Below are positions 36,262 through 47,929 of a DNA stretch of 64,000 nt, in pieces. The notes beneath the pieces were generated by a model. The model was not told the DNA's origin, did no database searches, and saw only the letters and a list, made by a program, of their open reading frames with translations. A program made the position numbers and the translations under genes. The stretch lies in contig NW_024704742.1 in assembly GCF_018977255.1 (NCBI RefSeq), positions 62,994,001 to 63,058,000 of the forward strand. The letters are read 5' to 3'. The DNA comes from Callorhinchus milii. Lineage: Eukaryota. How positions within the stretch are numbered: position 1 is the stretch's first letter; each line of letters starts with the position of its first letter.

Positions 36262-37043
36262 CAGTTCCTATTAAACCTGCAAGCCAAAGTCCTAGAGACG
36301 TGGTGGCTAACCTATGACTCACGTGGCCGTCAAGAAGCTTCGAGAAAAGTCGCACAAGGCTAGGTAAGTCCGTGCGATTGGTAGTGTGTTTTTAATTTTT
36401 TCTTGATTGAATATGTAAGCTGGTGATTTTTGCTAGGTGCACTTTATGTTCACATTTAGTTTATTTCCACCTTGGAGCTGAACTGGCTTCAAGGTGACAT
36501 TGCATCAATGGAATGTCGGAATCAAGTCAGCCCTCTGTGGTGGTCTCAGTCGTTCGGTTCCTGAGCCAGGCAGGTCCGCAATAGTCCAGGGCATTGCTAA
36601 TGACAGGACAGCCAACCTGACTGATCGTCAGGACCTGGAAGGGCAGACCAGCCACTAGGGTCAGGGAGTCAGCCCACACAGCTCCTGTTAATCCAGCTAG
36701 CCGAAGCCCTAGAGAGTAGGGTGGTCCTAGCTGGACAAGCAGCGGGAACGTTTATCAATGGCAAGCTGTGCAGTTTTAGCTGCCTAGACTCCAGCAGTAC
36801 CCCAATGTACACTATGTGGTTCCCAAGCCTTGGCTGTTGTCAACCTATGCCTAATACTTTCTGGATTTGGGAAAACAGGGTGTGTCCCTCCAGGGAGAGA
36901 GTGTGCATTCCATTCCAACAATCTATCTCTGGGATTTCCATGTGTAGGTGGGATGCAGGGAAATCTCAGCTTGGTTTGGATACTCTTAAGCATGGGGATG
37001 GGTTTCCGCATGTGTGAAACACCCGGCTGACCAAAAACAAACA
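36262..37043 (+). mobile_element. Second copy of the RTE-X-like LINE 3' end
   Basis: 36470-37043 aligns with the reverse complement of 11602-12190; ends acccggctgacc-aaaaacaaaca; possible ORF2 end QFLLNLQAKVLETWW...KVAQG* upstream. Confidence 0.8.
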
Positions 37044-37045
37044 TT

Positions 37046-37740
37046 TGATGTATCCTGACAGAAAGAGAAGTACGGCTGCAGGCACCTGGTTTCTCATCTC
37101 AAGTAGCTAGTATTCTCAAGACAGGTGTTTTCCATGATAGAGAGAGAGAGAGAGAGAGACTTTGTTCTTCAGCCTGTATGTATTCCAACCTTGGAGAATG
37201 TAATGGTGCCAGACACAGATGGTTCCTGGAGGCAGGACAAACAAAGGTGAACAAAGGTATCCTCTTTGAAAAGTGCTTAAGGAGGCCTGAAGGAATGTAA
37301 TTCGTTTAAAAAGGTAAAACAAAGAAAGAACCAACGTGAACTGATAAGGAGTAGTTTCTGTAAAATCACTGGTGACACCTGGTCAGGGGCTGGCATGAGA
37401 ATACGGTATAAAAGTGGTAAACCCATACATCGATAGCAGAGCAAGACACTGCCACAGACCGAGAAGGATCGACGTACGCTAAGCGGTCACCCCCTGTAAA
37501 GCGTCCCCGAAAAAGGGAATATAATGTAAAGAATGGAATGTTTTGCATCGGGATACGTGGGAAAAATGTGACAGCAGATGTTGTATTTTGAGTTGTTTGT
37601 TGTACCAAATACTACATTTATAAATAAATATATTTATATTTTTAAAAATGTATGCTAAGCAGTCATCAGCTATCCTGGAGGAAGTATTTGATCCCCCTCC
37701 TCTCTGAATTATGCTTCTCGGTTGTATGTATGGTATAACA
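37046..37740 (+). mobile_element. Candidate solo LTR
   Basis: TG...TAACA ends, TATAAAA at 37407, AATAAA at 37623, CpG-retaining segment between; no TSD confirmed. Confidence 0.45.
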
Positions 37741-38749
37741 GCTTGTCAATTTGATTGAATTAAAATACTAACATCATTCTGACATCCTGTTGGTCAGCCT
37801 TTGTTTATTATATTATGGGGAACTCGAAAACTTGCAAATACTTCTCAATTGATGGCATAAATCAAGAATATTCTGTTTAAGTCCAATTTATATTCCTGTA
37901 GCTGCATGTCTGACCCAAACTGTTGAACTGACAAATAACTGTTTTTGTTTACTTTATGGCAATTGTTTTCAGTTACAACTCATCATTGGGTTTTCTGAAA
38001 TTCACATTGTGAGCCTCACACAATGGCAATGTCCCTAAAAAGGCTGGAAAGCAAATGCCAATGGCAAACAGAAAGTTTCCAATTTGCCATTTCGCCCACA
38101 AAATATACAGTCAATTCAATTTACAGTATATTCTGTGAAGTGCTTTGAGATGTCTTGAAGATGTGATAAGGCACTATATCAAATGGAAGGATTATTATTT
38201 TATTTTAATCCAAAATTTGGCAACTGTTGAGTTCAGTCTTAACTATGAAGAAACAGTTCTGTAGTTCTTAAAAATAACTTACAGAACTTGGTTTCAAAAT
38301 TAAGACTGTATTCACGAATTTGTCAACTCTGGACACTCGAAAATGCTAAGAAAAGAAAGTAAATCTAGACCCAGGAGGAATTTCTACCACCTGGTTTGTG
38401 GATATCACATCTTTGCTCCATTGTCAAACATTTAACTATTGCTATACAGCATCCAGTGTGTATATTGCTTTAAGGTGTCAAGCAGATCTTGCTGAATGAC
38501 AACCTGACTCATATATTGTAAAGAAGTGTTGCTAGTTAGCCAAAATATTTTGCTTGTTATGATGCCTTTAGGGAGGAACACTGTGCTCTGAACTCTGGCA
38601 GTTAATGCAAATGTTTCATCTCTTTTTGCCAATGAAATGCATTATTCAATATGTTTTTTAGGTTACTAATAAATTGCAAATTCATGAATTGAATACATTA
38701 GCATTGCAATTCACATGCATGCATTTTAATTTGTTTTAATTTCCTGCCG

Positions 38750-39800
38750 TGCTCCACTTTTTTCCTCTCCTATTCTGAAGATGAAGGTATTGACTCAAGC
38801 TGGAGCAAGATATTGATTCCCAAAATGACTTACTTGCTTAAGCCTAGAACATGACTGTATAATGCAGTTGGGAAAATAAAAAGTGACCCCACTTATGTCC
38901 ACACATGCATACACTCAACAATAATAATCATTGCTGTAGATAAGAGGATGAACAAGATCCCAGGACACTATTCGAAAAGGAAAGGGAGTTCCTCCTAATA
39001 ACCTGACAAACAATCCCCAAATAAAATTGATCATTCACTTCATGGCTGTTTGCGGGACATTGATTGCATGGAAATTAACTGCTCTCTTCACCTCCAAATA
39101 TACAGTCAGAATCCTTTAGCATATCATGTCAAGCAATTTAAGATGTTTTGACAATGTGATAAGGTGCATATAAAATGCAAGGATTATTATTATTATTGTT
39201 ATTACTTATCTAGTATTTCAATGCGAAAGGAATTTAGCAAATTGTTGAATTTAGTATTAACTTTATTGAAGTTGGGGTGTTTCTTAAAAACAACAAAATT
39301 AAGTCTGTATTTAATAATTTGCCAAATTCTGAAAGCTCTGAAATGTTGCATAACTAGAATAAATCTGGACCCAGATGCAATTTCTCCCCATGTAATTTTC
39401 AATTCAATTTTCAATCATCCATCGGATGAGATGTAAGCTGATGTCCCATCTGCCTGTTTGGGTGAACATTAAAGATACAATGGCACTATTTGAAAGCATT
39501 TTGGAACATCTTCTGACGTGAAAGCTATACCAAACGCAAAGATTATTATGATAAATATTTGTCTAATTCTCTTTTAAAATTATTGTAGATTCTGCTTCAA
39601 ACATCATTTGTTTTAAAAAATTGGGCTTGATATGTCCTAAAAGAAATTCTCCATGATATGTCCATGGGAAATTCTCTTCCCTTGTTTATTTTTGTAATCA
39701 TCTTAAATTTATACACTTTACTTCCCAGCTCGCTGCTCAGTTAACTCAACATATTTGAGGTTGGGTACCCCTGATCTGTATGGCTCAGTTTAATACTAGC
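38750..39800 (-). mobile_element. Ancient AmnSINE2-like SINE, split (3' part 38750-38930, head ~39720-39800) by younger SINE pieces
   Basis: Reverse strand ccagcttgagtcaataccttca...aggagaggaaaaaagtgg and ctgagccatacagatcaggg; match recalled from memory. Confidence 0.45.
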
Positions 39801-40142
39801 ATCAGGGGAATATATGCATTTTTAAACACCTAATTTTCTCTACTTATTTGAACTACATCAATTAAAATCACATTTTTTCAGAGGACAATTAATCCCTGTA
39901 TGAAGATTATTGTTTGCAACTGAAAATTGCAACTGTATTGCGCTTCTTGAATGTAGTGTAAACTCAAAGATGACAGATTCATCTGAGCTATAAACTTACA
40001 CACTAACCCTCTGAAATTCTAATTATTGATACCCAGTGATGAATGCTGTCGACGATGTCTCCCTGTCATTCACTTCTACCAGTTGTATTATTGTACTAGA
40101 TTGTACTATTCTCCTTGGTGGGCATGTAGGCAGGGTCTCATT

Positions 40143-41560
40143 GGAGTCCTGTAGCATAAGCGAGAGAAATTGGGTACGATTCCCAGGCAGGGCGAAACCT
40201 TAGGGAAGTTTCCTTACTCAACACTCCTTTGTTTACTTGGAACCTTGGTGTTAATCAATTGGCAAATCACTTTCTTTGAAAGTAATAATAATCCTTCAAA
40301 GAAAAATGTGATCACTTAAACTATCACTGTTTGTGGGACAGTAGCTGTATGCAATTGGCTGCCAAGTAGATCTCAGATAGATACGAGGCCAATAGAGTCG
40401 TGATAATGGGGGACTTTAATTATCCCAGTATAGACTGGCTAAACAACAGCGCAAAGGGCAAGGAGGGGGAAATATTCCTAAAATGCATACAGGACAACTT
40501 TCTTGATCAGTACGTTTCCATCCCAACAAGGAAGGAAATGGTGCTAGATCTAGATCTGGGGAATGAAGTAGGGCAAGTGGAGCAAGTTTCAGTGGGAGAG
40601 CATCTGGGCAATAGGGATCACAACATCATTAGATTCAGAGTGCATATGGAAAGAGACAAGGAACCATCTAAGGTAAAGATATTCAACTGGAAGAGAGCAA
40701 ATTTCAGTGAGTTAAAAAGGGACCTAGCCAAGGTGGACTGGAAAGAAAGATTCACAGGTAAAACAACTAAAGAGCAGTGGGAAGTCTTCAAGGATGAGAT
40801 AGCTCGGGGACAGAATAAATACATTCCCACAAAAGGAGCATGGAGTACAAGAGTCAGGAGGTTATGATTAACCTATATAAAACACTGGTTAGGCCTCAGT
40901 TAGAATACTGCGCCCAGTTCTGGGCACCACACTACAGGAAGGATGTTAAGGCATTGGAAAGGGTGCAGAGGAGATTTACGAGGATGGTACCAGGAATGAG
41001 GGACCTTGATTATGAGGAAAGGCTGGAGAGGTTAGGATTATTCTCATTGGAGCAGAGAAGGTTACGAGGAGACCTAATAGAGGTCTTCAAAATCATGAGG
41101 GGATTTGATAGGTTAGAAAGGGAAAAACTGTTTCCACTGTTGTGTGTGTCGGTGACTCGAGGTTACAGATTCAAAATAGTCTCTAAAAGAAGCAGAAGGG
41201 AGGTGAGAAGAAATTTTTTCACGCAGCGAGTTGTTCGAATCTGGATCGCATTGCCTGAAAGGGCGGTCGAGGCCGATTCGATAACTACTTTTAAAAACGC
41301 GGTGGACGGGTATTTGAGGAGGACGGGTTTGCAGGGTTATGGGGAAAGCTGGAGAGTAGGATTGATATTAATTGCTCTATTCAAAGAGCCGGCACAAACT
41401 CAATGGGCCAAATTGCCTCTTTTTGTGCTGTACGATTCTATGATTCTATGTTTCACCCACAAAATACACAGTCAATTAACTTTACCATATATTTTGTAAA
41501 GAGCTTTCAGATGTCGCAACAATGTGTTCAAGCACTATATCAAATGCAAGGAGTATTAAT
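40143..41560 (+). mobile_element. tRNA-Ala SINE (long form) split by a CR1 insertion
   Basis: Head and body 40143-40363 end at attggctgcc; the SINE resumes gtttcacccacaaaatacacagtc at ~41450. Confidence 0.85.
40365..41449 (+). mobile_element. Young, internally deleted CR1 LINE (APE C-terminus fused to RT C-terminus plus tail)
   Basis: IMGDFNYPSIDW...LDLDL...DHNIIRF, then EYKSQEVMINLYKTLVRPQLEYCAQFWAP...FFTQRVVRIW; (attctatg)n tail. Confidence 0.95.
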
Positions 41561-41566
41561 ATACTA

Positions 41567-42899
41567 TGTACTATTATTGGAAACGAGCTGGCGCCTCGGT
41601 GACCTGCTTGGCAACAGAATATCACAATCGAGTCAAACCACTGTGGTGGTTTTAGTATTCTTGCCAATGAGTGCTCTTGCTTTACAGAGTTTCTGACACA
41701 TTTCCCTCTTAAAAATGTGGCTCCTATAAATTGTTAAGTTGTTCAGTAAATGTCAGAGACACAGAGTTAAGATGATCACCCGATTATCTTATCAGATGCT
41801 GGTTGAGAGCTACTTTGGCAAGTGGCTGGTTGAATGTACATTCTCTAATGATGGGAAAGTGCTCGGACGTGTCTCTGTCTGTTAGGAACCTACCAACTGT
41901 TTTATCATATGGTTGTCAGATTAAGATGATGAACCTCGGAAGACAACTAAAATTGTGGAGGAATTGCTAAAGATCTCCTCTATTTATCATGTTAAATGCT
42001 TTAGTCAGGTCAATTAATACAGTAAAGATGTCACAAAAACCATGTCAGTTAAATTCTGCTCTGACTGGAAGTCACATTGAGTCTCACGAAGGATGTCATC
42101 AAGTATTGTGGTGATCAATCCAATCAGGATGATCTCTGACAGGATATTTCTTGCAAGTGAAAATCCTCTGTAGTCACCGCAGTCAGATCATTCTCCTATT
42201 TGCTTATATAGGGGAAAAGTACATATACTTTCTTCTTTCTCCAGGTTGTAAGGAATCCCGGAATCCCAAGTTGTCTTGAGTTGACTAAGGGAAAATGTGG
42301 AGACTCATGGACCTGTTTGCTTCAGGAAAGCTGCAGGTGCATGAAGGCCAAGGACAGTGGAAGCCTGTTTACAGAACTCAAAGTTTCAACATCATCATTG
42401 ATAAGACATTGTTGTTAGTTACACAACGAATGTTAAATCTGTGATACTCAGACTTGTTTCAAACAAACTGCTGGAATTTGGATTGGTGACAGGAGGAGAC
42501 TGTCTGACTAAAAATATGTTTTTGTGGAGCTGAATGCCAGATGTCTTTACAAGGTCAATGTGTCTCAACGAAAGAAGAACAGAGATTTGGAAAATGGACT
42601 AGCTACCATTAACCAACATCTAAATGAATTTACAAGAATTTATAAGAAGAAAAAAGAATGAGACAACCATTAACTGATCAATGATTGACACTTAAAAAAT
42701 TAATCCTGGTACCAGTTGGTCAGTTGGTTCTGACCTACCTCTTCCACAATTTTACTTGTTATGAATTATGCTAAAGATATGTAAGCATTACTTTTGATTG
42801 ATGAACTGATTGTAACTTGCATAACCTTATTAATTTGTATTAATAAATATCAATTGATTGAAGAAATTATGTTGGTTCTTACTTCACCACGGGGTCACA
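41567..42899 (+). mobile_element. Possible long solo LTR or unclassified element
   Basis: CCAAT at 41664, TATAAA at 41725, AATAAA at 42842, ends GGGGTCACA; left end and TSD unclear. Confidence 0.35.
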
Positions 42900-42911
42900 A
42901 ATTTATTAATT

Positions 42912-43256
42912 ATAATAATCCTTGCATTTGATATAGGGCTTTTCACGTCTTCTAGACGTCTCAAAGTGCTTCGCAGAATAACAACAATAACAACAACAAG
43001 ATTCCATTTATAAAGCGCCTTTCACGTCAGGAGGACGTCCCAAGGCGCTGAATATGCTGTAAAGTGAATTGACTATATATTTGTGGGTGAAATGCGGCAG
43101 CTAATCGCGCACAGCAGTGTCCCACAAACAATCGTGGATTGAAAATGACCAATTTATTATTGTTTGTTTTTTTGGAGGGATTATTATCAGGTGTGTGGAG
43201 TAAAGAAACTTGCCCAAGGTTTTGCCCTGCCTGGAATTGAACCCAGGTGTCTCACT
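42912..43256 (-). mobile_element. tRNA-Ala SINE (short form) with an L2 tail inserted at 42981-43049
   Basis: GAATA duplicated at 42976-42980 and 43050-43054. Confidence 0.9.
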
Positions 43257-44654
43257 AGAATGCTACAAGGTGAAATAGATTCACCTCTGGAGGCAGCGAT
43301 AGAGGATTGGCAAACTGCATTTGAAGGTGTCTGACCTTGGCCAGGACCTCGCTATGCTTTGCTTTTATAATATATTTTGGCACAAAATACACTTTACAAT
43401 ATATTCTGTGAAGTGTTTTGAGATGTCTCAACAAATGTGATAAGGGGTTATATCAAAATGTAAGGATTATTATAGCTGTGTGTAAAATGTACAGTTGTTT
43501 GCTGAAGAATGACATAATTATTTTTGACTAGTGCCCTGCACCAGTTAAACATTTTATTATTATTTCTTTAAGTTTGGTTTAGCGATTTTAATGTCGGGAG
43601 GTCATCTAATGCACTTCACCAGTTATACTGTAAAATGTAGTAACTGTATGTTTTGTAGGCCAAGCGCATTGACATCTGCTCCCTAGAGGTATTCAATAGC
43701 TTTATTAAATCATTCCATGTGCAAAATAAAAATCCCAATTAATCCAACACCTTACAGGCTTGGAATGACCTCTTTTCAACCTCAGTTTCCTTGATGTGAG
43801 ACCACACAGATTTACTGGCTTCAGGAATGACTGAGGGTTTTTCCCTTATGTGCTCAACTTTAATTGTATAGTGTCTTTGAAATGTCCTACTGCAAAGCAT
43901 TATCTTGATTTTGCAAGTTTCCATTGTTGTGATGCTCCTACAACTGATATATTTGATCTATTGAGCTGATGATCAGTGTGGCTCTTGTGATTTCTTTTGC
44001 TTCTCTGTAACATCAGCCAACAAAGATCTAATTCATCAGATACCAGGGCTTCAACAATAATTGGACCACCACTGAATGCAGATCATTCCACTGTCTTAAC
44101 CCATTGCAATTACTGTAATGAGACTCCACTGTATTTATAGAAATTAAAATTAGCTGCTTTTTTTTTCCTTACCACTTTCCAAAATAGCATTTCCCTTCAA
44201 TGACGCTTGGTTGAGCTGGGAGGGCAGAGTAACCAAGGCAACTGAGCTCCCCATAACCATCTCCCAACACTACCTTATAATCCAGGTTAAAAGATACAAC
44301 TTGTTCTTAGCTTCTAAATAAGAGCAATTAAACACATTTTGTCAAGAAGTCATTATTAATCAGATTTTGAATATGTGCTCTCCTGAAAGTGCCAATCTAT
44401 TGACATTTTAACAAGCTTTATCAGTCAGCTCGAGTGATTTGAATCTGCTTGTAATTCATATCTGAATAATTAATTGATAAGCAGCTAATTTAATCTTGGA
44501 TAATTAAGGACCGCTCTAACAGTGCAGTGCCACATTTCAGCATGAGTAAATGATAAACGGCACCACTTTCTTAAAGTGGTTCGTTTATATAACAATTGCA
44601 ACCTACACTTGTGCGCACTTTGCATATCTATCAAGTTGTCTATCATTTAGCTCC

Positions 44655-44825
44655 ATAGAGATTTACAGCGTAGAAGGAGGCCGTGCGGCCCATCAAGCCA
44701 GCACCGGATATCAAGGCAAGCTGCACTTTCAATCTTACTGCCCTGCCCTATCCCCATTTCGTTCAAGTCTCTGTGAAGTAACTGTTATATGCCAGAATTC
44801 CTTAATCCTGTAATTTCCTTGTGTA
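44655..44825 (-). mobile_element. CR1 3' tail
   Basis: catagagatttacagcgtagaaggaggccgtgcggcccatc. Confidence 0.75.
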
Positions 44826-45584
44826 GGAGGAGCATTCCCATGAACAGGCAAGGATGACCTACCTCCAGTTACAAGAATGAGTCTCAATTTGTATGACGCT
44901 GATTTCTTAATAAAGAATCTTGTTATGAAATATACCCCCGACCCATATTAAAAATTGTATTGATAAAAAAATGTCATTTGATGTTCACAATGCTGTTTTC
45001 TTTTATGTTTTGAGGCAAGAGAAAATATAGCTCACTAAAGAGGCAAAACACATCTGAAAAGGCAGGAATGAGAGTGTCAAATACCATTAGAAGAGCAATG
45101 AACAAAGAAAGAGTGGTTTTATCACTGTTGATGGTATTTGTTAGCAGAGCATTAGAAATTATATGACATGAGGTGACATTTCATCCATAAGATATTTCTC
45201 ACATCTCACTGATGAATGACCAATGATGTGCTTGCTGCCTAACTGACTGCTAGTTACATGCTGCTGTTCCTGAATATGCCATTAGAGGAAGCAATACACT
45301 GTAAAGTGATGGAATTCAGCCTATTTTAGACAAAAAGAACAATCAGTCAAAAATGCTGTGACACCTCACTGTGAATATGCGCTGGGATTCTGAGTTTCGA
45401 AAAAGGGAATGTCCAGGAATCGGAAGTACATCATGACCTCTGTTCAATCAAAGTCTGAAGTGAAGTTCCCACTGGTCATTGGGAATTCTAGATAAGTTGT
45501 GTCTGAGCTCAAGGGCCAAGGGGGAAGAGACACAAATTGTAGAAGCTCTGGCACCTCTACATTCTGTGTCTAAGGTGCCAGCCC

Positions 45585-46010
45585 AGCTCTGTCCATAGCT
45601 CTCTCAGCTCTGAGTCACAACATCAAGATCATGCAGGTTCTATCTTCTACATTGGGGACTCTGAGCTAACTGTCCAAGCTGACACTCTAGCATAGTACTT
45701 GGGAGATAGAGCGGCACATTGTAGGGCGATACGATCCTTTGGGTGAGATGTTAAACCTCCTTCGCCATCTGTGCTCAGTTCAGGAGGACGTTAAAGATCT
45801 CCCACAGCACTGTTGGGAAAAGAGACGGGAGTCTTTCTCTCTCTTGCCCGGTTTCCTGACTGACAATTACCCCAGATAAAAATTGGTCACTCACTCCATG
45901 ACATTTTGTGGGACACTGCTGTGCTCAATCGGCTGCTGCAGTTCACCCACAAAATATACAGTCAACTCACTTTACAGTATATCCTGTGAAGTGCTTTGAA
46001 ACGTCTCGAA
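45585..46010 (+). mobile_element. Deu-SINE
   Basis: gggtgagatgttaaacc...ggacgttaaagatctcccacagcac; shared 3' module. Confidence 0.75.
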
Positions 46011-46014
46011 GAAG

Positions 46015-46545
46015 CAGTGGTCAAATTTCCACGTGCATGCGGATGACACCCAACTTTATCTCTTTGCTCCACCCTGCACTCCAAGACCACTGCTGTGCTG
46101 ACAGAATGTCTGTCAGACATCAAGTCCTGGATGAGAACTAACTTTCTACAGTTGAACATCAACAAGATTGAGGCTCTCCTGATTGGCTCCATCAGCGCCT
46201 CCACACCTCAGGCACTGATAGCATCATCATCCAAGGATGCACACTCCACCTTACTAAGCCAGTCTGGAACCTTGGTGTTTTGTTTGACCCTCAACTATCC
46301 TTTCTACCCTACATCCCTGCCGTACCCCATCCAGCCTTCCCCATTTCCGCAACATCGCCCGGCTCCACCACTCGTTCACACCGCAGGACCTCCCCATCCT
46401 TATCTGTCTCCACTGGCTTCCCATCACACAGAGGATACAGTTCAAGATCTGGGTCTTCACCTGCAAAGCCCTTCATGGCCTTGCTCCCCCTACCTCTGCA
46501 ACCTCCTAACCCACTACCAACCTGCCCGCACCCTCCACTCAGTAA
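46015..46545 (+). mobile_element. L2 RT C-terminal fragment with an internal deletion
   Basis: [37 protein letters not shown], then jumps to LHWLPI. Confidence 0.9.
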
Positions 46546-47929
46546 CCCCTCCACAATAATTATAATAATAATAATTTATTCACTCAATCCATGACTGTTT
46601 GTGGGACACCGCTGTGCACAATTGGCCATTGCGTTTCACCCAGAAAATATATAGTCAATTCACTTTACAGTATATTTCTACGAAGCGCCTTTGAGACGTC
46701 TCAATGACATGATAAGGTGTTATATCAAATGCAAGGATTACTATTATTATTACTATCGACATTCTGCATACTCTCTTGCACTCTGCTCTCATTGCTGCTT
46801 TCCCAACCCACTCCCTCATCGCTCATAGTATTTGGAAAGAGTTGCACAAGATGATAGCTTATGTATCACCTAGCAATGATTACCATCACTGTGCTTAAGA
46901 CTGCCCCCATCTCCTCATTGAGCCTCACCAGCCCAGCGGGCTAACCATGGCTCGCTGAACACTCCTGTCCACTCCGAGTCTCAGCGTGCGCACATTGGCT
47001 GCCGCAATTGACCCGAACTGCTTCTCCAAGATGTTCCTGACCCCATCCCCTTCCCTCCACTACTCCCACTCAACCCTCCTCTCCCTCCGCCTGCCCCGAC
47101 TCCTTTCCATGCCATCGGCTACCCCCATTCCCCTCGCCTCCCCAGCCCGGGTCTGAAATGCTATACTCTGTCCGGCACCTTGGGACGTCCTCCCAAAGTG
47201 AAAGGCGCTATACAAATGTAACTTTATTGTTGTTGTTAAGAGTATCTAAAGAGAATTTCATATCAATCATACAGCAGGAAAGGGAGAAATGGCTGCACCA
47301 TCCAAGGAATGCCAGCGTGCTTGAGATCTGTGCATTGCAAACCTACATCATCTCATACTGTTCTTGTAGTTTAAGTCAAATATCCTGCATTAATGTTGCC
47401 TTGGGGAATTTTAAGGAACATGATCATGTCCTGCTCAGTCTTCTCCAATGAAAATAAATTCTGCTCTGCCAAATCCCAGAATGATTCTCATTGATCTTCT
47501 CTGAACATCCTCCATTAACGCCCTTTTGAAAGTAGCTGCCCATAACTGCACTGGGTATTCCAAATGTGGCCTCAGCAGTAATTCATACTAGGTTACAACT
47601 ACTTTTGAAGAAACTGACAACTTGGATCAAGTGTTAATGGATTGATTCCTAATTCAACAGACAGAGAATGAGAGAAATGCATGCAAAACAGGATAAAATG
47701 AAAACAATCATGAGAACCTGGAGCAGGTGTCCGGACAAGCAATAGATGGGCTGAAAGTTTACCTGCTTCAAACATCTCTAGTCAAATTCAGAGCACTAAA
47801 GTTGTGACTGTGCTACTTCAGCTTCAAGATGCTACCCCGTGTGAAGGGCACTCACTCAATCCTTTATACCTATTCTCTCAGTGTGAAACGTATTTTATTA
47901 TTCATTGCTCTGAGTGTCAACATTCATTG

